NCBI GenBank assembly: GCA_945936135.1 | Contig: CAMESG010000001.1 | Span: 194,748-258,747 of the forward strand | Direction of reading: 5' to 3' | Length of the DNA: 64,000 nucleotides | Source: an uncultured Mollicutes bacterium | GTDB lineage: Bacteria; Bacillota_I; Bacilli_A; RFN20; CAG-826 | In this document: piece by piece, positions 19,548-28,544 of the stretch | How positions within the stretch are numbered: the stretch's first letter is position 1 | How the letters are laid out: each line of letters starts with the position of its first letter | The notes under the pieces: generated by a model | Told to the model about the DNA's origin: nothing | What the model saw: the letters and a program-made list of their open reading frames with translations, nothing else | Databases searched by the model: none | Translations under genes and position numbers: made by a program

Positions 19548-21626
19548 TTATTCGTCCGCTCCTTTCAAACTGGGGTTGAAGGCATCGCGCAAGCCGTTGC
19601 CGAAGAGGTTGAAGGCGATCATGATCAAAATCATGACGATGGATGCCGATACGATCAAATAGGGGTGATCCTGCAAGGACTTCTGCGCCTCGCTAAGGGT
19701 GATGCCGAACGAGACGATGCCGCCTTCGTATTGCAAGACGCCGGGGAGCAAGTAGGCGACGTTCGCCTCGGTGAAGATGACCGAGGGGATCATCAAGACC
19801 GCGCCGGTGACGATCGTGCCAATGCCGTTAGGAAGAATGTGCTTGAAGATCAAGCGGGCGTCGCTCGCGCCCAAAGTACGAGAGGCAAGGACGTATTCCC
19901 TTCGCTTGAAGCGATAGAATTGGCTTCGCGTCGTTCCTGCGATGCCCATCCAGCCCGTAAGGCAGAGGGCAAGGAGCAAGGTCCAGAAACCCGAACCGAG
20001 AAGCAAGACAATAAGCGTCATCATAACGATCCAAGGCATGCCGCCAAGGATCTCCGTGAAACGTTCCATCATGAGGTCGGTCCAGCCGCCGAAGTAGCCA
20101 GAGATTGCGCCCCAAATTAGGCCGACGAAGATGTTGATCGTCGCGGAGAGCAAGCCCAAGCCCAACGAGGTGAGCAGGCCCGAAAAGACGATCTTGAAGA
20201 AGTCTTGACCGTTGGCGTTCGTGCCAAAGAGCATATGAGGCATCGCGCAGGCGCCGAGTTTCCCTTCCACCCAATAGTAGCGATAGAGAGAAACGGTGCA
20301 ACGAAGCGAACGGACTTCAATGTGCCCAGTGAGTGGGTTATCCGTCACCATGCGTTTGAAGGATTTGACTTCGCGGATTGGGCTATGTTCAAGATCGAGG
20401 ATCTGATACATGTCCGCGCTAGCCTCTTGCCATTCATGGCCCGGGGTCGAAGGCTTATCTTCCCAATTCCAGGTCAAGAAACCAAGATCCATGTACTTGC
20501 GAAGATCGGTTTCCGAGATTTCCATCTCTTCCTCGCCATAGGCCGCTTCGTAATGGTCGTAGCGGAAGCTCGCCCTCTTGACCAAGACGTTTTGAAGGGT
20601 GCGGTTCGAATCCGCGGAGTAGGTGTATTTTTGGCTATTAGGCACTTCTTTGTTGCGTTCTTTGACAACTTGTTGAACCGCGTCGTCGAAGACCATCAAA
20701 GAGAGATCGCTGCCGTTTGACGTAGCGGAAACCGACGTCAAATAGAGGCGATTGGCGCTATCCGCAAGGCTTTCTGCGCGGATTTTAAGTTGAACGGAGA
20801 CGGAAACGGAAGAGGCCATCGAATCGACCACTCCGCTAGGAATCTTTGAGAAGACGTCGACGTTCCAAGAAGAAAGCTCGTGGGCGTCCACTTCTTCCGC
20901 AAGGGCGTATTCTTCGTTCTCTCCATCACCATCGAGGTCACCTAGAAGGAGCAAGGAAGCGTAAAGGGTCGTCCCCCCATTGTTCTTTTCAAGGAAGGAA
21001 TCCCTGTCGAAAGTGTAGGTCAAATTGACGTTATCCCCTTTGACGAGATTCCAAGAAGGGGAGGTCATCGTCGAAGGCTCGCCGACGTAGGTCTCGTTTT
21101 CTTCTTTGGAGGAGACGGAAAGGGCGATGTTGCCGCCTTTGCCGTACTTCAAGATGTTCTCCGTGACGCCTTCCACGCGGGATTCCGACAAGGAGATCGC
21201 GTCTTTTAGGTCTTGTCCTTCGTTTCGGACGATCGCGCGGGACTTGTATTGGTTTTCATCCGGCAACCCGGTCGAAGGATCGACGATCGCGCCTTCGATC
21301 TTCGAGGTGCCGTCTAAGAAGCCCCCAGCATTATCGAACCACTTCGGAGGCAGATAGTGCGTGTCGTTGTCGACCATGACTTCCGCGATGTTGTTTTGGT
21401 CCGCGAGAGGGACGATGATCGCCATCGCGATGATCGTCGCGAGGATCCCCGCGGCGACGACTGAGGACTTGTTCTTCGCGAAACGCTTCAAGGCGTCTTT
21501 GAAGAAGGTCGTGGGTTTCGTTTCGAATTTGGTATCGTGGATCGATTTATCAATGTTCACGTAAGCGAAATCCGCTTCGGTGATGTCGTCCAAGGTCGGG
21601 ACGATGTTTTCTTTTTCATTACCCAT
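19548..21626 (-). CDS. oppC: oligopeptide ABC transporter permease with very large extracytoplasmic domain
   Basis: C-terminal BPD_transp_1 domain ending ...GLRDAFNPSLKGADE, which is the OppC/DppC signature. A ~450-aa ectodomain follows TM1. ATG at 21624-21626 sits 8 nt after TAAGGAGG, which overlaps the oppB stop. Confidence 0.8.
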   Translation of the reverse strand: MGNEKENIVPTLDDITEADFAYVNIDKSIHDTKFETKPTTFFKDALKRFAKNKSSVVAAGILATIIAMAIIVPLADQNNIAEVMVDNDTHYLPPKWFDNAGGFLDGTSKIEGAIVDPSTGLPDENQYKSRAIVRNEGQDLKDAISLSESRVEGVTENILKYGKGGNIALSVSSKEENETYVGEPSTMTSPSWNLVKGDNVNLTYTFDRDSFLEKNNGGTTLYASLLLLGDLDGDGENEEYALAEEVDAHELSSWNVDVFSKIPSGVVDSMASSVSVSVQLKIRAESLADSANRLYLTSVSATSNGSDLSLMVFDDAVQQVVKERNKEVPNSQKYTYSADSNRTLQNVLVKRASFRYDHYEAAYGEEEMEISETDLRKYMDLGFLTWNWEDKPSTPGHEWQEASADMYQILDLEHSPIREVKSFKRMVTDNPLTGHIEVRSLRCTVSLYRYYWVEGKLGACAMPHMLFGTNANGQDFFKIVFSGLLTSLGLGLLSATINIFVGLIWGAISGYFGGWTDLMMERFTEILGGMPWIVMMTLIVLLLGSGFWTLLLALCLTGWMGIAGTTRSQFYRFKRREYVLASRTLGASDARLIFKHILPNGIGTIVTGAVLMIPSVIFTEANVAYLLPGVLQYEGGIVSFGITLSEAQKSLQDHPYLIVSASIVMILIMIAFNLFGNGLRDAFNPSLKGADE

Positions 21627-21639
21627 GGTTCCAACCTCC

Positions 21640-22707
21640 TTATTTGCGGGCACCCATGCGGATGCGCGGATCGACGATGCCGTAGCTTAAGTCGACGATG
21701 AGCGTCGCGAATAAGCCGATGAGCGTGTAGATCGCCATGTCGACCATGACGACCGGGTAGTCCTTGTTCGTGATGCCATCGACGAACAAGGAACCGATGC
21801 CGGGGATTCCATAGATCTGCTCAAGAACCATGGAGCCCGAGAGAATGCCGATGAATTGCGAAATAATCATCGGAACGATGGGGACCAATGAGTTGCGAAG
21901 GGCGTGGCGCACGACGCTTTGGCCCTTGGTCAAGCCCTTGGTGCGGGCCAAAAGGAGGAACTCGCTGCTCATGACTTCCGTGAGCTCCGCGCGGGTATAA
22001 CGGGCAAAGGAGCAGATGGAGCCAAAAGACAAGGCCAGGACCGGGATGATGTAGGCCTGAACCGCAAGCAAGGGGCTCGCCGCGGCCTGGGAGTCGCTCG
22101 GCCATTGCGTTGGGAAGCCCGGGATCGTGCGGAACCAGATGAGAAGGAAGGAAATCAAAACGAAAGAAGGGACGGAAATGAAGATCATGATCACCGTCGA
22201 GATCAAGCCGTCGACCCAGGTGTTCTTCTTTAGCGCGGCAAGAATGCCTAAACCCAAACCGATCGGGACGGAGACGAAGATTGAGATGATGTTGAGCTTC
22301 ATCGAATAGGGAAGTTTCGTCATCAAAATCGACATAACGTCCTGGTTGAAGCCAATCGAGGAAGTCGAGGTGCCCCAATCCCAACGGGTGAAGACGTTGC
22401 CAAGCCAAGCGAAATAGCGTTCCATGATCGGCTTTGGATAGAAATAGAACGTCTGGTTGTTGAGCTCGACGATCTCGCAAAGGGGGCGGTGGCTTTCGTC
22501 CATCGCCATGTATTCGGAGAATCCGAGCTCGTTATAGAACCCGAGCTGCACTTGGCGGGTCCAGAAATTGTATTGTTCCACGTTGCTGCTGCCAGATGGC
22601 TCTAGCGGCAAGCATTGGAGAAGGATGTAGGTCAGCGAGAGAATGATGAACGCGGTCAAAAAAATGAACAGGATTCTCTCGATGACGTATTTAACGGTGT
22701 CTTTCAT
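21640..22707 (-). CDS. oppB: oligopeptide ABC transporter permease
   Basis: OppB/DppB-type permease, MKDTVKYVIERILFIFLTAF...EAA-loop region. RBS GGGAGAAAGAAGG lies before the ATG at 22705-22707. Confidence 0.85.
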   Translation of the reverse strand: MKDTVKYVIERILFIFLTAFIILSLTYILLQCLPLEPSGSSNVEQYNFWTRQVQLGFYNELGFSEYMAMDESHRPLCEIVELNNQTFYFYPKPIMERYFAWLGNVFTRWDWGTSTSSIGFNQDVMSILMTKLPYSMKLNIISIFVSVPIGLGLGILAALKKNTWVDGLISTVIMIFISVPSFVLISFLLIWFRTIPGFPTQWPSDSQAAASPLLAVQAYIIPVLALSFGSICSFARYTRAELTEVMSSEFLLLARTKGLTKGQSVVRHALRNSLVPIVPMIISQFIGILSGSMVLEQIYGIPGIGSLFVDGITNKDYPVVMVDMAIYTLIGLFATLIVDLSYGIVDPRIRMGARK

Positions 22708-22816
22708 TTGCCTTCTTTCTCCCTTGACGGCCAAGGGTTTTGGGGAAGTTGCTACCCTTCCAAACACGACAAGAGGCCGAGCGATAAAGCCCGGCCCGTC
22801 GTGTCCTTATTGAAGA

Positions 22817-25561
22817 TTAGGAAATCGGATCGATGCCAAGATCGGCAAGGCGAGCGTTCGCCGTGACGATCATGGTCTTGATGAGTTGCTGGCTCGTGCC
22901 AGGGAAGATGCGGTAGACCAAGTAGAATTGAACGGTGAAGTTCGTGATGGTCGTGTTGTAGGAACCCGCGATGCGCTGGCAGTAGTCTTTGACGTCATCG
23001 AGCGGCATGCGGACTTCGAGGTAGCCATTGTCGTTGGTGAAGACCGTGGCGGTATTGAAGTAATAGCCGCCTTGGACGGAGCTTGCATCATCGTTCGGGA
23101 AGAAGCCCATGTCGCTCGGTTTTTCCTCAAAGGCGTAAAGCAAGTCGCCGTCTTCGTTACGGGCTTCGTCGGGGAAGTCCATCAAGAAGGTGACGTTCTT
23201 CTCGCTAGAGACGTAGCCGGTCGATTCGTCCGTTTGGCCCGGGCCAACGAAGCGCTGATTGGCGCCAAGTTCGCTCACGACGCCTTCTTTGACGACGGAG
23301 AAGCCTTGCGAGGCGCTCCAAAGGGCGTCATAGGACCAGTGGAGTTCAACGTCGGAATCCAAGGGTTTGTAAACCGCCGGATTCTTGGAGATGTAATTCG
23401 TCGGGCGGCTCCAGTTGAGGTTGAAGCCTTGATGGAGGGAGCTCGACGAAGAGCAAGTGGACATGAAGTTGAGCGGATCGAGGACGTTGCCCGTGATCGC
23501 GCCTTCGGCGAAGTCGAATTCGCCGTGATCCATGAGGGTGTAGGTGTCGGTGTAGTTCGTGCCGCCGACCTTAAGTTCGATGTTAAGGGCAAGACCGAGG
23601 TCTTTGCAGGCGGAGTTGAAGACGTCGGCGACGCCTTGGGAGATGTATTTGCCGAGGTTATCGATCGTCGATTGGTAACGATAGTAGCCTTGGATCGTCA
23701 TTTCATCGCCCGCTGCCCAACGTCCGGAGTCGAGCAATTCTTGTCCGGCGCGGCGGAAGAATTCGGCGGCGACGTCGCGGTTGTAACCGTATTCGTTGCC
23801 GGCAAGATCGGTCCAAGCCTTGACGACTTGCTTCGCTTCGGCGGAGTCGCGGTAGGATTCGCGGCCCGTCGGGTCGATCATGTACGCGTTGGAGAGGTAA
23901 CCGATCTCCGGGTTGCGTCCCGCGGTTTCGGCGAGGGATTTGCGGTCGATCGAGAAGAAGAACCCGAGGAGGAAGTTGCGGTTGGACATGATGTCCTTGA
24001 CGCCACCCCACTTGGAGGTGCCGTTATCGGCGACCGCATCGTCGTGGCGGTAGACGGTGCCGTTGCTTCCGAAGAAGTACTTCCACTCGTTCTTCGTGGT
24101 GGTGTTCAAGTTGATCTTGATGATCGTGCTGCCTTCCGTGCGGTAGGTCTTGTCGTAGGTATCGTTGTTGGCAAGGGCCGTGACCGGGATGGTGCAGTTA
24201 TCGAGCTTGTTGGCTTTGAAGTCGTTCCAGGCTTGGACGTCGGCTTCGGCGCCGCTATAGACGACTTCGGTGTAACCGTTGAAGGTGTAACGGGAGGCGT
24301 CATAGTAGTCGGCGTTCTTTTCGTAGATCAATTCCTTGCCAGCTTGCCATTCGACGGGGACGAAGGGTCCGAAGCAAAGGAAGTTATCGAAGGTGCTGAT
24401 CGCGGTCGCCCCGCGGACGCCGAAGTTCTTAGCGCCACCGATGGAATCGAGGAATTCCTGGGGGATCGGGGAATAGAGGTTGCTAGAGAGGGCAGTACGG
24501 GCACTCGCGGCGCTATGCGGCTGGATGAATTGGAAGTCGATGACGCCGTATTCTTCGTTGGAGAGTTCTTTGTTGACTTGGATGCCGATGCCGGATTCTT
24601 CCCAGTTCTTCTCGGCGGAGGAGTTATAGACATAGTCCGAAGCCTTGTAGAAGCCGGAGGAATCGATGATCAAGCCGCTATAACGAACAAGGCGATTGTC
24701 CAACATTGCCTTATACGGGGTGATGTAGTCTTCAATGGCGACTTTGCGTCCGTCGAATTTCGCGTTGTTCGCCCACTTGGAGCCGGGGACGGCCTTGTAT
24801 TCATAGCCTTCGCCGACGTGGAGGTAAACGCGCCAATAGACCGAGGTGACGTCGAGGTTCGGGTCGTCTTCACCCGTGATCTTGATTTCCTCTTCGCTGC
24901 CGTCGCTGTTCTTCTTGATCATGACAGGGTAAGCGTCGCGGGCAAGCTCGCCTTTCCAGGTGTAGCCGTCTTTCGTAGCGTTCATCTCGACGCCATAGTA
25001 GCCCGAGGTGATCATCGAGTGGCGATCGCTCACGTCAGAGCCGGTCGCGTCCCAGCCGTTGAAGGTGCCGGAGTCGACGTTGGTATAGCCATGGAAATAG
25101 GACTTGTACTTCTCGCGGGTCTCGTTGATCGGGCCATTGTACATCGTCCCATCGGGGACCATGGTTCCTTCCATCGTGCCGAAGCCGTAGTTCGTGATGT
25201 AGGTCGTGGACTTCGGGGTGAAGCGATGGGAGAAGGCTTCCGAGGAGGAGTCATCGTAAAGGGGGATGCCGCCTGTGAAATTGGTCATCGCGTAGTTTTC
25301 AAGGGCCGCGGTGATCTTGGTCTTTTCTTGCCAGTTGTAGTTCGAGAAATCGTAGGCGCCGCTCGCGGCGAGGGGATCCTCGATGATCTCGATGCCGTTT
25401 GGGTCGTATTGGGGTTGGTCCGTCACGGACGAACTCGTTTCGCTTCCCTGGCTGCTGTTGCTGCTGCTACTCCCGACATCGGGATCGCCGCAGGAAGCAA
25501 GGACGAGGGAAGATCCAACGACAAGAAGGCCGAGTAGAGAAGTTACTTTGCGTTTCTTCAT
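22817..25561 (-). CDS. oppA: oligopeptide-binding lipoprotein, giant SBP family-5-like
   Basis: MKKRKVTSLLGLLVVGSSLVLASCGD is a lipoprotein signal. A Ser-rich linker follows. Its ~915 aa are consistent with Mollicutes-type OppA. It is the first gene of the opp operon. Confidence 0.7.
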   Translation of the reverse strand: MKKRKVTSLLGLLVVGSSLVLASCGDPDVGSSSSNSSQGSETSSSVTDQPQYDPNGIEIIEDPLAASGAYDFSNYNWQEKTKITAALENYAMTNFTGGIPLYDDSSSEAFSHRFTPKSTTYITNYGFGTMEGTMVPDGTMYNGPINETREKYKSYFHGYTNVDSGTFNGWDATGSDVSDRHSMITSGYYGVEMNATKDGYTWKGELARDAYPVMIKKNSDGSEEEIKITGEDDPNLDVTSVYWRVYLHVGEGYEYKAVPGSKWANNAKFDGRKVAIEDYITPYKAMLDNRLVRYSGLIIDSSGFYKASDYVYNSSAEKNWEESGIGIQVNKELSNEEYGVIDFQFIQPHSAASARTALSSNLYSPIPQEFLDSIGGAKNFGVRGATAISTFDNFLCFGPFVPVEWQAGKELIYEKNADYYDASRYTFNGYTEVVYSGAEADVQAWNDFKANKLDNCTIPVTALANNDTYDKTYRTEGSTIIKINLNTTTKNEWKYFFGSNGTVYRHDDAVADNGTSKWGGVKDIMSNRNFLLGFFFSIDRKSLAETAGRNPEIGYLSNAYMIDPTGRESYRDSAEAKQVVKAWTDLAGNEYGYNRDVAAEFFRRAGQELLDSGRWAAGDEMTIQGYYRYQSTIDNLGKYISQGVADVFNSACKDLGLALNIELKVGGTNYTDTYTLMDHGEFDFAEGAITGNVLDPLNFMSTCSSSSSLHQGFNLNWSRPTNYISKNPAVYKPLDSDVELHWSYDALWSASQGFSVVKEGVVSELGANQRFVGPGQTDESTGYVSSEKNVTFLMDFPDEARNEDGDLLYAFEEKPSDMGFFPNDDASSVQGGYYFNTATVFTNDNGYLEVRMPLDDVKDYCQRIAGSYNTTITNFTVQFYLVYRIFPGTSQQLIKTMIVTANARLADLGIDPIS

Positions 25562-25734
25562 GCTGTTGTTTCCTTTCCGGTCCGGCCCAATGAATGGGCC
25601 TTTCCTTACATATACACGTAATGCGCGAACACGCAAACGTGCTTATTAGTTAAATACACGAACAAAAATATGCAACTACTTTTTTCTCATCTAAGGGAAA
25701 TCGAAAGAAAAAAGGGCTATACAATGTATAAGGA

Positions 25735-26148
25735 TCAATGGATCGAGTTGTTCCAAAGCAAGAGGAAAACAATGCCCAAAATGAGGAAAATCGCGCCCAA
25801 GCCAAGATAGATATAATAGGGGAATTTTAGGGATTTGCGCTTTTTTTGCTTCGCTAAGCTATAATCCCCGGCAGTTTTGTATTCGGGGTCGTCCTTCTTG
25901 GTGAATTGTTCGACCAAGCGCTTCATCCCGTAGGCCAAAACGTCAAAGGTCCCCGCGCGCCCAACGGCGAGCAGCCCTGCCGCGCCCACCATCATGGCGC
26001 CCGTCACGAAGAAAGCGTCCGACAGCCCATCATACCCATAGCGTCCCGGCAAAAAAAAGACGAGACAAAAGACGATCGCCGACACAGAGAGGGCGATGAT
26101 CAGGTGGCGTAGGAGCAAAACAGTCTTCGGTTGCATCGGCAAAATCAT
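25735..26148 (-). CDS. small membrane protein (DUF3899-like)
   Basis: 137 aa with 3-4 TM segments and a central KKDDPEYK charged loop. Confidence 0.45.
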   Translation of the reverse strand: MILPMQPKTVLLLRHLIIALSVSAIVFCLVFFLPGRYGYDGLSDAFFVTGAMMVGAAGLLAVGRAGTFDVLAYGMKRLVEQFTKKDDPEYKTAGDYSLAKQKKRKSLKFPYYIYLGLGAIFLILGIVFLLLWNNSIH

Positions 26149-26239
26149 ACCCCCAAAGGAGGTTCAACACAAAGTCCTTGCAAATTTTTCGCGCACGTGT
26201 ATGTTTAGCGCGTATATCCACATAGAAGGAGAAAGCGTT

Positions 26240-28423
26240 ATGAACAAAAAGAAACTCGCCCTCTTCGCGATGGCGACCTTAACCCTAACATCCCTCGTCG
26301 CATGCGGAACGGACACCCCCTCGTCCTCGACCGGGACCGATACCTCGGAATCCACGAGCGAAGAATCCTCTTCCTCGTCGAGCTCCCAAGCGCGTCGCTA
26401 CATCGACTTGACCCTCGGCAGGGCCTCGATCCGCGAAGGGATGACCTTGATCGACGGCGCCGTTCCCCACACGGTCTTCCACAAACTCGATGGCAGCGAG
26501 GAAGACATGGGCACGAACGGCACGTTTACGATCACGAACGCCTCGACGGGTGATACCTATGAAGGCGACGAACCCTTGCCGGCGGGCAACTACAAGGTCA
26601 AGAACCGTTTGATCGTCGAAGGCGGTCGTACCCTCACCGACGAGACCGACCTCTCGGTCACCGAAGGCCACACCGATGTCGAAGACAACAACGGCAACAT
26701 CAAAGGCGTCAAGAAAGACGTCGATGCCGAAGACTTCGGCCAATACACCTTCATGAACTACTCGGGCATTGACACCCTTGGTACTCGTGAGAAGGCTTCC
26801 GGCTGCATGCCAAGCGTCGGCAATCCCAAGATCCTCGTGATCCCGGTCGTCTTCAAGAACACGTCCTTCGGCAAGACGAACAAGCAAAACGAGCTCGCCC
26901 GCGAGATCCTCCGCGAAGCCTTCTTCGCCGAGAATGACAAGACCCAGCCGGCGAATAGCGACGGCATCGTCCCGGACACCACGCCTTGGGAATCCTTGAA
27001 GAGCTATTACAAGAAAGCCTCGGGCGGCAAGCTCAACATCGATGGCACCGTCACCCCGATCTACACCTACAACAAAAACGACACCGATCCTGGCGTTGGC
27101 AGCAGCGGGCTTGCCCAGAACATCTGCAACGAAGCGATCAAGTACTTCAAAGACGGCAAAGACCCCGACTTCAAGTTGGATGCCACCCAATACGATAGCG
27201 ACAAAGATGGCTACATCGACGGCGTCGAAATGGTCTATGTGACCTCACAACCGACCCCGGGGGAAGATGGTTCCAACAGCACTTGGTGGAACTACACGAC
27301 CTACACCGGCAACGCCGCGAGCGTCTCTTCGCCTTCCGCCCAGCGCATCTTCTTCTCGCGTTGGGACTTCCTCACCAACGGCTACTACACCAATAGCGCC
27401 CTCTATGGCTCTTATGGCTCCCGTTGGGATGGCAAGGCGGTCGACGCCCACACGATCATCCACGAAACGGGCCACATGATGGGCGCCGCGGACTACTACT
27501 CCTACGCGGACACCAACAAGAAGGGGCCCGCGGGACAAGTCGACATGATGGACCAGAACATCGGCGACCACAACGCCTACACCAAGATGTCCTATGGCTG
27601 GGTCACCCCCTGGGTCGTCGATTATTCCTCCGACGACTTCGAGGTCACCCTCCCCTCCTACACCGACACCAAGAAATTCTTGATCGTCCCGGCGGAAGGC
27701 AAGGAATGGAACGGCACCCCCTGGGATGAATACATGCTCCTTGAGTACTACACCCCGACGGGCGTGAACGAAGAAGATAGCGATGGCTATCAAGAATGGC
27801 AGCAGCAAAGTTCCAGCGGCGATAACGCCTATGGGCACGGCGGAACCTACCGCCGCCCGGGCCTGCAGATGTTCCACGTCGATACCCGTGCCTCCTCTTG
27901 GAAGGGCGACATCGTCGACGGGAAAGACGTCAACGTCGTGCGCAACTACACGGATACCCCAAAGCGCTTCCGCACCGTCTCGACGGATGGCAAGCACTAC
28001 GAAACCGCCGCGATGGCCGTCCACTCGAATACGCCCAATGGCGAAGCTAGCGGCCGCCCAGGCTCCATTGATGGCGCCACGGGCGAAACCTCGCCCTTCC
28101 GCGAGATCCACGCGATCTTCCCGGGCACCGAGAACAGCCTCGCCTCGAATTCCTACTACTCCACCATGGGTTGCATGGTCAACCTCTTCGGCAGCAAGGA
28201 ATACTATGAGAAAGACGCCGATGGCGATGGCCAACCCGATGAAGTCTATGGCGATAAGCCGGATTCCAAATACGGCGGCGACTTCTACTCCCCCTCGCAC
28301 CACAAGAACTGGTTCGTGAACGGGACGAAGTTCGATAACGGCCACGACTTCCCCTGGAGCATCGAGATCGTCGAGCAGACCGATGAATCGGTGACCCTCC
28401 ACTTCGTCAACAACAAGGCTTAA
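26240..28423 (+). CDS. secreted zinc metalloprotease lipoprotein (HEXXH; M6/InhA-like)
   Basis: MNKKKLALFAMATLTLTSLVACGTD is a lipobox. A Ser/Thr-rich linker follows. HTIIHETGHMMGAADYY at nt 27452-27499 is an HExxH...D..Y zincin motif like immune-inhibitor-A peptidases. RBS GAAGGAGAAAG precedes the start. Confidence 0.65.
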   Translation: MNKKKLALFAMATLTLTSLVACGTDTPSSSTGTDTSESTSEESSSSSSSQARRYIDLTLGRASIREGMTLIDGAVPHTVFHKLDGSEEDMGTNGTFTITNASTGDTYEGDEPLPAGNYKVKNRLIVEGGRTLTDETDLSVTEGHTDVEDNNGNIKGVKKDVDAEDFGQYTFMNYSGIDTLGTREKASGCMPSVGNPKILVIPVVFKNTSFGKTNKQNELAREILREAFFAENDKTQPANSDGIVPDTTPWESLKSYYKKASGGKLNIDGTVTPIYTYNKNDTDPGVGSSGLAQNICNEAIKYFKDGKDPDFKLDATQYDSDKDGYIDGVEMVYVTSQPTPGEDGSNSTWWNYTTYTGNAASVSSPSAQRIFFSRWDFLTNGYYTNSALYGSYGSRWDGKAVDAHTIIHETGHMMGAADYYSYADTNKKGPAGQVDMMDQNIGDHNAYTKMSYGWVTPWVVDYSSDDFEVTLPSYTDTKKFLIVPAEGKEWNGTPWDEYMLLEYYTPTGVNEEDSDGYQEWQQQSSSGDNAYGHGGTYRRPGLQMFHVDTRASSWKGDIVDGKDVNVVRNYTDTPKRFRTVSTDGKHYETAAMAVHSNTPNGEASGRPGSIDGATGETSPFREIHAIFPGTENSLASNSYYSTMGCMVNLFGSKEYYEKDADGDGQPDEVYGDKPDSKYGGDFYSPSHHKNWFVNGTKFDNGHDFPWSIEIVEQTDESVTLHFVNNKA

Positions 28424-28544
28424 CGCAGAAACAAACATTCCCTTGCCAAAAAAGAATACGGGCTTATCCTTACTTAGCCCTTCCCAGATTGGTTAGGAAT
28501 ACGCCTCCCTAAAAAGGGAGATAAAACAGAAAGGAATTAACACC

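Noticed and set aside
22886-25537. 883-aa plus-strand ORF antisense to oppA. Similar long antisense ORFs occur at 26285-27190, 27245-28438, 28509-29786 and 52447-53568.
   Set aside because: Their translations are low-complexity and rich in Arg, Gly, Ala and Val, with no motifs. They lie exactly opposite well-supported genes. This is a typical artefact of a GC-rich coding strand with few antisense stop codons.
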